Source: an uncultured bacterium
Lineage (GTDB): Bacteria > Patescibacteriota > Minisyncoccia > Phycocordibacterales > GWA1-40-21
Direction: 5' to 3'
Assembly: GCA_963840885.1 (NCBI GenBank)
Contig: CAWJAN010000004.1
Location: 47,984-111,983, forward strand
DNA: 64,000 bases
The position numbers and the translations under genes are program-made. A model generated the notes under the pieces. The model saw only the letters and a list, made by a program, of their open reading frames with translations. It made no database searches and was not told where the DNA came from. Positions 1-8,287 of this stretch are shown here, piece after piece. Within the stretch, counting starts at the first letter, position 1; each line of letters starts with the position of its first letter.

Positions 1-132
1 CTTTCCCGAGCCGGTTACGCCGAAAAGAGTCTGCTTGTCGAGACCTTTCTCCACTCCTTCCACTAGCTTCTTTATGGCTTCTGGCTGGTCGCCAGCCGGC
101 TTGTATTCTGCTTTGATTTTGAATTTTGACAT
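1..132 (-). CDS. uvrB: Excinuclease ABC subunit B, N-terminal part (runs off window)
   Basis: Manual translation [44 protein letters not shown] matches the UvrB N-terminus (PAGDQP, GVTGSGK Walker A). Not in the ORF track. Confidence 0.95.
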   Translation of the reverse strand, partial: MSKFKIKAEYKPAGDQPEAIKKLVEGVEKGLDKQTLFGVTGSGK

Positions 133-210
133 TAACCCCGTGATTATGTAGCATTTCATATAGAAGTTCAAGCTTTTATAAAAATAAAATTCTCAGGAAA
201 GGAGGGAAAA

Positions 211-771
211 ATGGACATCTCCGAAGCGCGCAAAAAACTGGTTTTGACGCTGAAAACTATCGTCGGACCGATCAATGAATTCTTGGATAAAAGGATTAGG
301 CACTTTGAACGCCGTTTTGAAGATCTGAAAGAAACTGAATCAAGGCAAGACAGAATTGAAAATGACTGCGTAAAAAGGTTCGGTCTCACTAAGGAGGAAA
401 TGGGAAAACTCCATATGTTTTTCTCTCCTCTCATGGTTTTTGACAGGCTTTCTGAAAGCCAGGTGCGTTTTTGCATCATGCTTTATGATTTGATTTACGC
501 TCCGGAAACTCTTATACGGGACGGAAAACTGATCATCCTCTATGATGCGATGCGGTCAAAAGACGCCATGTCTTTGGGAGACGATTTTCCTAAAGTACTG
601 GAAAGTGTCTTCAAGGCAAAGCTTGGTGTGAAGGGAGAGATGCAAAAATCAAATAATCTTTGGAAAATGCAGCTCAAATCGATGACAAAAACCGAACGGG
701 AAGAATTTTTGCGCGAATTCGGAGCGCGTCTTCCCTTCCTGTTCGAATTGAACGATGAGCTGGATGACTGA
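211..771 (+). CDS. Hypothetical protein (orphan)
   Basis: 186-aa ORF with SD AAGGAGGG, upstream TTGACA-17-TAGCAT and a downstream terminator hairpin. Confidence 0.75.
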   Translation: MDISEARKKLVLTLKTIVGPINEFLDKRIRHFERRFEDLKETESRQDRIENDCVKRFGLTKEEMGKLHMFFSPLMVFDRLSESQVRFCIMLYDLIYAPETLIRDGKLIILYDAMRSKDAMSLGDDFPKVLESVFKAKLGVKGEMQKSNNLWKMQLKSMTKTEREEFLREFGARLPFLFELNDELDD

Positions 772-798
772 GCCGCGGCACACAACCGCGGCTTTTTA
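772..798 (+). terminator. Intrinsic terminator
   Basis: GCCGCGG-cacacaa-CCGCGGC followed by TTTTT. Confidence 0.75.
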
Positions 799-865
799 TT
801 TGATTTGACTTTAGCCGTCCGAACGTGTAATTTTAATGAAGAATAAAAATCTAAAGGAGGATGGC

Positions 866-1096
866 ATGCCAATACAGAGTCGCGAAGCCATTCTTCATGG
901 CTATAAAAAAAGGTACCGGCTTAATAGGAAACAAGCCGAATGCCTTGATGGGTTCTTTCGGAAACGCAGGATAATGACCGGACTCAGCAAAGAAACCGTC
1001 ATTGTTATCGCGGAGATTTATGCGAAAACCGACCTCGCATTCGAAGAGGTCGATCTGCGTTTGAAGCAGGAGCATGACGAGCGCATGGCTTTCTGA
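866..1096 (+). CDS. Small hypothetical protein (orphan)
   Basis: ATG at 866 follows SD AAGGAGG (854-860). TTGACT-17-TAATTT upstream; hairpin 1096-1126 downstream. Confidence 0.7.
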   Translation: MPIQSREAILHGYKKRYRLNRKQAECLDGFFRKRRIMTGLSKETVIVIAEIYAKTDLAFEEVDLRLKQEHDERMAF

Positions 1097-1126
1097 TACC
1101 GGCTGCATTTATTGCAGCCGGTATTT
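1096..1126. terminator. Terminator hairpin between convergent genes
   Basis: ATACCGGCTGCA-tttat-TGCAGCCGGTAT followed by TTT. Confidence 0.7.
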
Positions 1127-1767
1127 TAATTTTTATCCGCCCAGCTTGAATACTCGGATTTCAAAGCGGAAATCTGATCTTGGCTAAGCGCAAAGTAGAC
1201 GGAAAGCCAGTCGTTCGCTATCTGCGCCTGGGCTGCGCGCAAATCTATCCTGCCGGCGCATACTTCCTGATGGAGATAATTTTCAACCAAGTCCTTTTCC
1301 TTGAAGCCAGGGTTTGGCGATGCAGCTTCCGGAAAAAGATTCGCTATATCGTTCGAGCCTCCGAGCTCGAGCGGCACTATATGGTCTGCTTCATAGCTAC
1401 CTGTCGGCTCTGGGTACTTTATTCCGTATTCCGCATAGACCTGTTTTTTAAGAGAAGCGGAAACACTCCTGACCGTTTTCGTATATCCGCTTACGCAGAT
1501 GGTGCTCGTTCCGGCATTTTCAAAAACGGCTCCAGGGCTGCATGCGTGATCCGGAAATGGCCCGTTTATGACGCAGCCGCCCGTCTTTGTCCTTTCATCA
1601 ATAGAAAAAATTTTGCTTGAAGAAGCGATTAGCTCGGCAACTTGAACGCTGGCCGTATTTTGAGAGAAAAAATCCTTGGGGCTCTCTAGATTGAAGACTT
1701 CTGAATAAACGGAAACGGTCAGGAGCAATAAAATTCCTATGACGGTGAATTTGAATTTTCCGCTCAT
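1126..1767 (-). CDS. Secreted/membrane-anchored HNH-type nuclease-like protein
   Basis: N-terminal hydrophobic segment; motif YEADHIVPLELGGSNDIANL is HNH-like. Start overlaps the stop of the MPG gene (TAATG). Confidence 0.75.
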   Translation of the reverse strand: MSGKFKFTVIGILLLLTVSVYSEVFNLESPKDFFSQNTASVQVAELIASSSKIFSIDERTKTGGCVINGPFPDHACSPGAVFENAGTSTICVSGYTKTVRSVSASLKKQVYAEYGIKYPEPTGSYEADHIVPLELGGSNDIANLFPEAASPNPGFKEKDLVENYLHQEVCAGRIDLRAAQAQIANDWLSVYFALSQDQISALKSEYSSWADKN

Positions 1768-2285
1768 TATTTTAATAAAAATCTTAGCTTTTTCTTGGAC
1801 CAGACCGGGCCGGCATAATCCACGCCGATTCTCGGCGTCTTTTTTATTTTTACATTGGCGATTTTCATTCCCCTGTCTTCAAACCAGAGTCTGCTTGATT
1901 TTACAGCCGGCTTGCCATTCAGGCTTTTATTTATTTTTAAAAACTTAGTCAGCCTTCCGGGCCCGCTTGATGCGCCGACGCCTCTTATAAGAACCGCTGC
2001 CGGATATCCTTGTTCGCGCGTCACGACATTCAGCATAAAATGCATCCCGTACGTAAGATAAACATAAAAATTGCCAGGATGGCCGAACATTATCTTTGTC
2101 CTTTCCGTTTTTCCCTTAGAAGCGTGGCTTGCTAGATCATGCGGGCCTATATACGCTTCTGTTTCCGTAATCATTGAGGATATTTCTTTGCTGCCGGCTT
2201 TCCTTACCAGGAATTTTCCCAAAAGCCCGCGCGCCACTATTTCCGCATCCCTGCTGAAAAACTTTTTTCCAAGAATTTTTCTCAT
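1767..2285 (-). CDS. mpg: DNA-3-methyladenine glycosylase (MPG/AAG family)
   Basis: ITETEAYIGPHDLASH, YVYLTYGMH, AAVLIR, GPGRLT and TPRIGV motifs. Confidence 0.93.
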   Translation of the reverse strand: MRKILGKKFFSRDAEIVARGLLGKFLVRKAGSKEISSMITETEAYIGPHDLASHASKGKTERTKIMFGHPGNFYVYLTYGMHFMLNVVTREQGYPAAVLIRGVGASSGPGRLTKFLKINKSLNGKPAVKSSRLWFEDRGMKIANVKIKKTPRIGVDYAGPVWSKKKLRFLLK

Positions 2286-2324
2286 TATTTAAATAGTATA
2301 ATATCCGGTGCCAATTCCAGCACC

Positions 2325-2353
2325 TTGACATTATTAAAATATAGATTTATAAT
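2325..2353 (+). promoter_or_regulatory. Consensus sigma70 promoter for ORF 2393
   Basis: Perfect TTGACA-17 nt-TATAAT. Confidence 0.8.
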
Positions 2354-2392
2354 TATAAAAGCTGTTCATCAAGGATTTTACGGAGGTTCAAA

Positions 2393-2680
2393 ATGAATCT
2401 TGATTTTCTAACGAATCTGGATTTTACGAATGGAATAACGGTCGGATGCATGATAACGTTTTCGTTATCGCTTGCGGCCTCCATGATCGTCGGGATGATG
2501 AAACGTCATCTTGAGGAATCCATCGAAAGGGCCGAAAGCATGCATACTGCACGTTTCGTCCCTATCGCCCGGGAAGAATACCAGAAACTTTCTTCCTTCA
2601 AGGGAATGCAGGGATTTCTCAAAATGCTGATGACGATGTCGTTCATAACGATGATAATCAGCGTTCTGATGAAACTCTAA
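2393..2680 (+). CDS. Small membrane protein (orphan, 2 predicted TM segments)
   Basis: 95 aa with two hydrophobic segments; SD GGAGG; consensus promoter; terminator 2695-2724. Confidence 0.75.
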   Translation: MNLDFLTNLDFTNGITVGCMITFSLSLAASMIVGMMKRHLEESIERAESMHTARFVPIAREEYQKLSSFKGMQGFLKMLMTMSFITMIISVLMKL

Positions 2681-2694
2681 ACAATACAAGCATG

Positions 2695-2724
2695 GCTCCG
2701 CGATACAGTATCGCGGAGCTTTTT
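2695..2724. terminator. Terminator between convergent genes
   Basis: GCTCCGCGATAC-a-GTATCGCGGAGC followed by a T run. Confidence 0.75.
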
Positions 2725-4403
2725 TATTTTATTCCCTTTTTGACGAAAAGACGCACTATGCGCAGTTCTTCGTACGAAAAACCGTCGCCCAATATATTTT
2801 TTACCGGCGCCAAAAGGAAATCTCTGTTCTCCCCGTATAGTTCGCGGAAAGCGAGGTAGATTTTTTTGAATTTTGAAGCGGAAACTTCATCGCGCAGATT
2901 ATTGATATTGAAATCTGGATCCTTGTCCAAAATCTTTTCTATGTCCTCCAAAATCGTGCCGAGAGTCACTCCGCGGTGATTCAGAATTTCCTTGAGCTTC
3001 ATCCCCTGCTCAAGCATATTCTTGGTTTGATCGGAAGGAGAAATTCTGCGCATTTTGCCGCTTTTTCTTTTCTTGTCGCGCGCTTCTATGGGAGAGATTT
3101 TTTCCAAAAATTCTTCCTGCTTCTCTTTCACTTCATTGTCACCCATTGAATATAGCCAGGCTTTGTCGCTGTCCGAATCTTCCTTGAGCTCTTCGTCGAA
3201 TTCCATTATGTCGCCGCGCACTTCAAGCGCATTTTTATTGATGCCGATTATGCGCAAACCCTCAAGGGTGCGGACGCGAGAAAGCGCCACATAACCCATG
3301 CCTTTTTCGAAAGATTTTGAAAGGTCAACTTCAACTGTATCAAGGCTCATTCCCTGGCTTTTATGGACAGTGATTGCCCAAGCAAGGCGCAGAGGATATT
3401 GTATTATCATCGCTTTCGTCTTCCCCTCTTCTTCCACCACCCAGGAAACTTTTTCCGGAGAAATAAGCTTGCCGTTTGCAAGCATTATCTTCGGCCCGTC
3501 ATAAGAGCATTCCACGACCTTGCCTAGAGTGCCGTTTGCATACCCTTCGTCAAAATTGTTTTTTACGAACATGACTTTTGCGCCGACTTTAAGGCGGAGA
3601 GATTCCGGAGCGAGGCAGCTTTTCTTAAGCGCTTCAACGAGCGGCTTGCTTCCCTTGCTTTCCATCATAAAGACGAAAAGCTCTCCCGAAAGCGAATTGA
3701 GCTCTGTATCGTTTATGGAATCTACATTTATATTATGCGTATGGAGCTTAGTCGGCTCAACTTCGGAAACCACTTCCGCATTCTGGCGGGATTTCAGATG
3801 CCTGAGCGATTCATCGGTCAGATAATTTTTCCTTATTCCGTTCAGGATTTTCAGGAATTTTTCATCTTTGTGCCTATACTGCTCTTCCAGATAGCAGATT
3901 TTTAGATTTAATTTTTTCCACGTTTCGGATTTGAACGGAAAAAGGGATTCTAGATTTCCCGCTTTCTGAACCGGCGGAAGCTGGAAAAAATCTCCGCAAA
4001 GGATAACCTGCATCCCGCCGAATGGAAGCTGGTTTTTTTTCAGGTGCCTGACAATGCGCTCCACTAGATCGAGCCTGCGGTGGTCGAGCATCGATATTTC
4101 GTCAATTATAAGAACGCCGGTATTTTTCAGCCTGTCCCCAAGATATTTCTTGGTCTCAAGCTCTTCAAGGTCGTATTCTGTAAGATTATCTTTTATTCCG
4201 AGGCCGCTCCAGGAATGTATCGTCATTCCTCCCATATGCGTGGCGGCAATGCCTGTCGAAGCGGTGATGCCGACCTCGGCGCCGTTTTGCTTCAGGTATT
4301 TTATATAATCGTTCAGAAGATGTGTCTTGCCTGAGCCTGCGGCCCCTGTGATATAGCAATTGTATCCCATCTTCAGGATTTCCAGAGCGTCTTTTTGTAT
4401 CAT
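2724..4403 (-). CDS. PIF1-family (RecD-like SF1B) DNA helicase with C-terminal helical domain
   Basis: TGAAGSGKT, ASTGIAA, IIDEISM, GDFFQLPPV, AWAITVHKSQGMSL and YVALSR motifs. Confidence 0.92.
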   Translation of the reverse strand: MIQKDALEILKMGYNCYITGAAGSGKTHLLNDYIKYLKQNGAEVGITASTGIAATHMGGMTIHSWSGLGIKDNLTEYDLEELETKKYLGDRLKNTGVLIIDEISMLDHRRLDLVERIVRHLKKNQLPFGGMQVILCGDFFQLPPVQKAGNLESLFPFKSETWKKLNLKICYLEEQYRHKDEKFLKILNGIRKNYLTDESLRHLKSRQNAEVVSEVEPTKLHTHNINVDSINDTELNSLSGELFVFMMESKGSKPLVEALKKSCLAPESLRLKVGAKVMFVKNNFDEGYANGTLGKVVECSYDGPKIMLANGKLISPEKVSWVVEEEGKTKAMIIQYPLRLAWAITVHKSQGMSLDTVEVDLSKSFEKGMGYVALSRVRTLEGLRIIGINKNALEVRGDIMEFDEELKEDSDSDKAWLYSMGDNEVKEKQEEFLEKISPIEARDKKRKSGKMRRISPSDQTKNMLEQGMKLKEILNHRGVTLGTILEDIEKILDKDPDFNINNLRDEVSASKFKKIYLAFRELYGENRDFLLAPVKNILGDGFSYEELRIVRLFVKKGIK

Positions 4404-4516
4404 GAAAATGATTCTATCATTTAAAAAATCGAAGTATAAAAAATAAAAGTTAATAAAATGTTAATTAAAAAAGCCCGCAGACGAACGCCTGCGGGCTGTG
4501 ATACTTGGCTTTTATT

Positions 4517-5008
4517 TTATTTTGAAAGATGCTTCCTCACGAGCAGATCGTCAAACTCGCGAGTCGTCATCATAAGCCCTTCCACCTCCTTGGAATCAAG
4601 GTCGAAAAATCCCACAATTCTCCTCTTTATCCTGGCGAAGTCTTCCTCATTTCTCGCGCAGGATTCGGCTTTAGAAATGGCTTCCTTCACCGTCTCTTTC
4701 TTGTAAGAGGTTTCCGCAACATACATGCAGTTTTCGAACGCATCTTCCTGAAGCATATTTATAACGGACAAGGAAATCTTAAGAAGTATCTCCTTGGTTC
4801 TCTGCTTTCTTTTTATCTCGCGGACGCTTTTTACCGAATACTTCGGTATATTGCATATGACGTCGAACTGGCATAGATAAAAATAAGCGGAAAAATCACT
4901 GAAATTCCAGAACTTCTTTCTCAGCCTGCTTTCTTCCGACAAACTAAACAGCATGGATTTGAAAAGATTGTAAATCTCCTTAAAAATTTCCGGAATGAAA
5001 AACATCAT
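4517..5008 (-). CDS. Hypothetical protein (orphan)
   Basis: 163-aa ORF, SD AAGGAGG 5 nt before ATG, terminator hairpin at about 4467-4498. Confidence 0.7.
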   Translation of the reverse strand: MMFFIPEIFKEIYNLFKSMLFSLSEESRLRKKFWNFSDFSAYFYLCQFDVICNIPKYSVKSVREIKRKQRTKEILLKISLSVINMLQEDAFENCMYVAETSYKKETVKEAISKAESCARNEEDFARIKRRIVGFFDLDSKEVEGLMMTTREFDDLLVRKHLSK

Positions 5009-5138
5009 GATATCCTCCTTCAGACAAAAGAAATGGCGAATCTATCCAAAAATTATTCTAGCATAAAAAACTATCTTGGAAACAGATATCTGATTTCGCA
5101 ATATGCTTTTTATAATTTTTGTATTATAATTGCGGCAT

Positions 5139-5552
5139 ATGAAATACATGTTCGAATGGACGCCGGAAATATCCGTAAACGACGAAATAATAGACAATCA
5201 GCACAGAAAACTGCTGGGACAGATCAATACCCTGCTTGAAGACATAACCAAAGGCGTAAGCGATGAAAGACTCCTCGAAGCCGTTACATTCCTGGATAAA
5301 TATATTTATGGCCATCTTGCGTACGAAGAAAAATACATGAGAGAGCACAATTATCCGTATATAGACGAGCATAAAAAAATGCACGGCGATTTCATAGGAC
5401 ACTATAAGATATTCAAGGAAAAAATGGATAAAAGCGCTCAGCGAGAAGTGCTGGCTCTTGAAATAGAACAGTATATGGGAAACTGGTGGCTTGATCACAT
5501 AGGAAAAGAAGACAAGAAATACGCTGTTTACATAATGCAGCACGAAAAATAA
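5139..5552 (+). CDS. Bacteriohemerythrin
   Basis: W..ISV.DEIIDNQHRKL, HLAYEEKYM, YPYIDEHKKMH and WWLDHIGKED iron-ligand pattern. ATG 5139 lies 8 nt after TATAAT. Confidence 0.93.
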   Translation: MKYMFEWTPEISVNDEIIDNQHRKLLGQINTLLEDITKGVSDERLLEAVTFLDKYIYGHLAYEEKYMREHNYPYIDEHKKMHGDFIGHYKIFKEKMDKSAQREVLALEIEQYMGNWWLDHIGKEDKKYAVYIMQHEK

Positions 5553-5582
5553 ATAAACCGCCTTACAGCGGTTTATTTATTT
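5547..5582 (+). terminator. Intrinsic terminator
   Basis: AAATAAATAAACCGC-cttaca-GCGGTTTATTTATTT perfect inverted repeat. Confidence 0.75.
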
Positions 5583-5689
5583 GATTTTAATCAAGCTAAT
5601 GCTAATCTAAATTCAGGCAGTATAGAGCGGAGACGCTCAATTATAAAGCCCTAGAGGGTTAACCCGGAGACGGGAGAAAAGAGGTTGTC

Positions 5690-6145
5690 ATGTTTGAGAG
5701 ACTGGCCAGAAAAAACAGATGGAAAAAAGTAAATGATTTAATTCGGGGGTCAAAAAATATAGATCGGATGAAATCAGAAATCGATCTATTTGTAAGGTTA
5801 GTCGCATATTTTTTGTCGGAACCTCGCAGTTTCAGCAACTGTAATAGTCCTTATATCTTTAAAGCTGACCCTTTCAGATGGACCTTGGATATTGAAGTAA
5901 AAGAATTCAAAGTCATAAAAGGAAAAATAAAATGCGAGAGGAGAACAGAAACGGAAGTCCAGAATTGGTTTCTCATATATGAATATGATGGGATAAAAAA
6001 TGTAACTAATAAACAACTCCCTGTCTACTACGTACGGGAAATATATGAAAGACTTCCAGTATTTGAAAAAAAGTTGAGTTGTTTATTGTATTATTGGAAC
6101 GACACGCTTCATCCTTTCATAGAAGCAAGTGAAATAAAGTTTTAG
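5690..6145 (+). CDS. Hypothetical protein (orphan, AT-rich)
   Basis: 151-aa ORF, SD GAGGT, own promoter at about 5581-5608, terminator 6159-6188. Confidence 0.7.
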   Translation: MFERLARKNRWKKVNDLIRGSKNIDRMKSEIDLFVRLVAYFLSEPRSFSNCNSPYIFKADPFRWTLDIEVKEFKVIKGKIKCERRTETEVQNWFLIYEYDGIKNVTNKQLPVYYVREIYERLPVFEKKLSCLLYYWNDTLHPFIEASEIKF

Positions 6146-6158
6146 TTTCTAGACTAAC

Positions 6159-6188
6159 AAAAACCCCGTTTTTCTTTGCGGGGTTTTT
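6159..6188. terminator. Bidirectional terminator
   Basis: AAAAACCCCG...CGGGGTTTTT between convergent genes. Confidence 0.75.
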
Positions 6189-6857
6189 TTATTTACTCTT
6201 CTTCCACTCGTTTATCTTTCCGTGATGGCCGGAAATAAGAACTTTCGGAACAATATATTTCTTGCCTTTCCATTTAAGAACTTCCGGCCTTGTATAAACT
6301 TCCGGGCTTGAAACACGCTCTTCCTCAAGCGATGAAAAATTTCCGAGAACTCCTTTAATCTGCCTGGAAATAGAGTCAATCATAATCATAGCCGGAAGCT
6401 CGCCTCCTGTAAGGACGAATGGGCCTATAGTTATCTTATCTGACTTGAATATCTTGTTTACCCGCTCATCTATCCCCTCATATCTTCCGGAAATTATTAT
6501 GATGTCTGAATATTTTTTTACCGCCTCCTTGGCGTATTTTGTATCAAATTGCTTGCCTTTTGGCGAAAGAAAAATTATCTTGGTTTTTCCACTTTTAGTT
6601 TTCTTCATCGCTTTTTCAATGGCTTTCAAAACAGGTTCCGCCTGCATCACCATTCCAGGGCCGCCGCCATACGGCTTGTCATCCACGCGCAGATACGGCT
6701 TTTTGTTTTTCTTCTGGGTTTCCGTCGGTTTGACGAAATCGCGCGGATTGTAAAAGAAAAAATTTATCTTTTTTTCTTTTTTGGCACGCGCCAGAATAGA
6801 CTCGCCGAGATATGAGCCGAACGATTCCGGGAAAAGCGTGATTATATGGAAATTCAT
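6189..6857 (-). CDS. trmD: tRNA (guanine37-N1)-methyltransferase
   Basis: FHIITLFPE, VDDKPYGGGPGMVM, GRYEGIDERV, VLTGGELPA, YTRP motifs. Start moved to MNFHII at 6857. Confidence 0.96.
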   Translation of the reverse strand: MNFHIITLFPESFGSYLGESILARAKKEKKINFFFYNPRDFVKPTETQKKNKKPYLRVDDKPYGGGPGMVMQAEPVLKAIEKAMKKTKSGKTKIIFLSPKGKQFDTKYAKEAVKKYSDIIIISGRYEGIDERVNKIFKSDKITIGPFVLTGGELPAMIMIDSISRQIKGVLGNFSSLEEERVSSPEVYTRPEVLKWKGKKYIVPKVLISGHHGKINEWKKSK

Positions 6858-6901
6858 GTATGTATGAAAAATACAACAAAAATGAAAAAATGACAATTAA
6901 A

Positions 6902-6925
6902 AAGCGGCGCCGTACGGCGCCGCTT
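6902..6925. terminator. Terminator-like palindrome downstream of khpA
   Basis: AAGCGGCGCCG-TA-CGGCGCCGCTT flanked by A/T runs. Confidence 0.7.
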
Positions 6926-6955
6926 CTTTTGTTTCAATAATTTAAGTTTGTGAAA

Positions 6956-7279
6956 TTACAGCTTTAAGTCGGCCATAGCTTCGTCAACTGTCTTTGATAC
7001 CGGTTCTCTCGATACGGCCGGTCTTCCCATGCCGCCTTCCGGTTCTTCAATCTTCAAATTTACTCTTGAATTGTTTTTCATTCCAACAACCCTGAGAAGG
7101 GTTCTTATGGCTTTTGCCGTTGCTCCGCTTCTTCCGATGACTTTGCCCATGTCGGCATTGTCGACCTTGAGGGTAAGCAATACTCCCATTTCATCAACCG
7201 TCCTCGTGATCTTCACTTTGTCCGGAGATTCAACAAGAGCTTTAACAACCATTTCCAAAAATTTTGCGTCGTTTTCCAT
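6956..7279 (-). CDS. khpA: KH-domain RNA-binding protein KhpA (UPF0109)
   Basis: DMGKVIGRSGATAKAIRTLL GxxG loop; conserved rpsP-khpA-trmD context. Confidence 0.92.
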   Translation of the reverse strand: MENDAKFLEMVVKALVESPDKVKITRTVDEMGVLLTLKVDNADMGKVIGRSGATAKAIRTLLRVVGMKNNSRVNLKIEEPEGGMGRPAVSREPVSKTVDEAMADLKL

Positions 7280-7382
7280 TTCAGTAATTTTTTCTTATCT
7301 AGAATCTAGAAGCAGCTCGACCGGTATTATAAAATCTGCTTCCTTAAATATTAACACATTGAAAAATGTTGGCAATAAATTC

Positions 7383-7414
<32 letters not shown>

Positions 7415-7444
7415 ACGGCTCTTTTGAAGCCGTTTTTTACGCTC

Positions 7445-7618
7445 TTACGAATTTGACTGTGCAGGAGCTTCTTCTTTTGATTTTTCTTCTGAAGCGGGCA
7501 TTGCTGCTTCAGGAGCTTTTTCTTCCGTCTGGGCCATAGCATCGCCTTCTTTCTTCTCTTCTTTCTGTGTTGAAGCGTCTGAAGGATTCGATACAGGCAT
7601 GGTTTTATCGTCTGTCAT
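7445..7618 (-). CDS. 57-aa acidic low-complexity microprotein
   Basis: Manual translation MTDDKTMPVSNPSDASTQKEEKKEGDAMAQTEEKAPEAAMPASEEKSKEEAPAQSNS*. Own promoter-like TGnTACGTT and terminator 7410-7438. Below the ORF-track cutoff. Confidence 0.7.
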   Translation of the reverse strand: MTDDKTMPVSNPSDASTQKEEKKEGDAMAQTEEKAPEAAMPASEEKSKEEAPAQSNS

Positions 7619-7749
7619 ATTTTTCGAAAATTAAACTTACAAAGTGCAGTGACACGACCAATGTATTACCACCACTATAAGAACGTACCACGATAAAATA
7701 TATAATGCAAAAAAAATTGCGCCATTTGGCGCAATTTTTATTTTTATTT

Positions 7750-8196
7750 TTATGCTTGAGCAGGAGTTTCAGCGACAGGAGCAGGAGATTCTTTGGCTGT
7801 CGGAGTTTCTTGTGCTGGCTCTGCTGTGGGTGTTGCTGGAGTCGCTGCTGGCGCAGGCTCTGCCTTAGGAACGTTCTTTGCCGCTTCTTCAGCTTCCTTT
7901 GCTTTCTTGGCGTCTATTATCTTATTCTTCGGAAGCACGTTTATCTTTTTTCCTGAAATTATTTTCTGGTCAACCAGGAGATTGTGTACGGTTTCGGAAA
8001 CTTGAGCGCCTTTTGAAATCCAGTATTTGGCCCTTTCTCCGTCTATATGATTCGTGCCCTTTCCTTCTCTTGGGTCATACGAGCCGAGTATTTCTATTTC
8101 TTTTCCGGATTTTGCCGAAAATTTTGATTCCATCAAAACAACACGGAACGTTGGTTCGTGCACTCTTCCGACTCTTTTAAGCCTTATTATTAACAT
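7750..8196 (-). CDS. rpsP: 30S ribosomal protein S16 with Ala/Pro/Glu-rich tail
   Basis: MLIIRLKRVGR...FRVV...EILGSYDP...W...GAQVSETV. Start moved to 8196. Confidence 0.96.
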   Translation of the reverse strand: MLIIRLKRVGRVHEPTFRVVLMESKFSAKSGKEIEILGSYDPREGKGTNHIDGERAKYWISKGAQVSETVHNLLVDQKIISGKKINVLPKNKIIDAKKAKEAEEAAKNVPKAEPAPAATPATPTAEPAQETPTAKESPAPVAETPAQA

Positions 8197-8287
8197 AGAC
8201 AAAGATACTACCAAAAAATAGCTTTTTTGCAATAGCTGGTTTCAAAATATATGGGCAAATCTTATTTTTTCTGTTATAGTCATTGAA

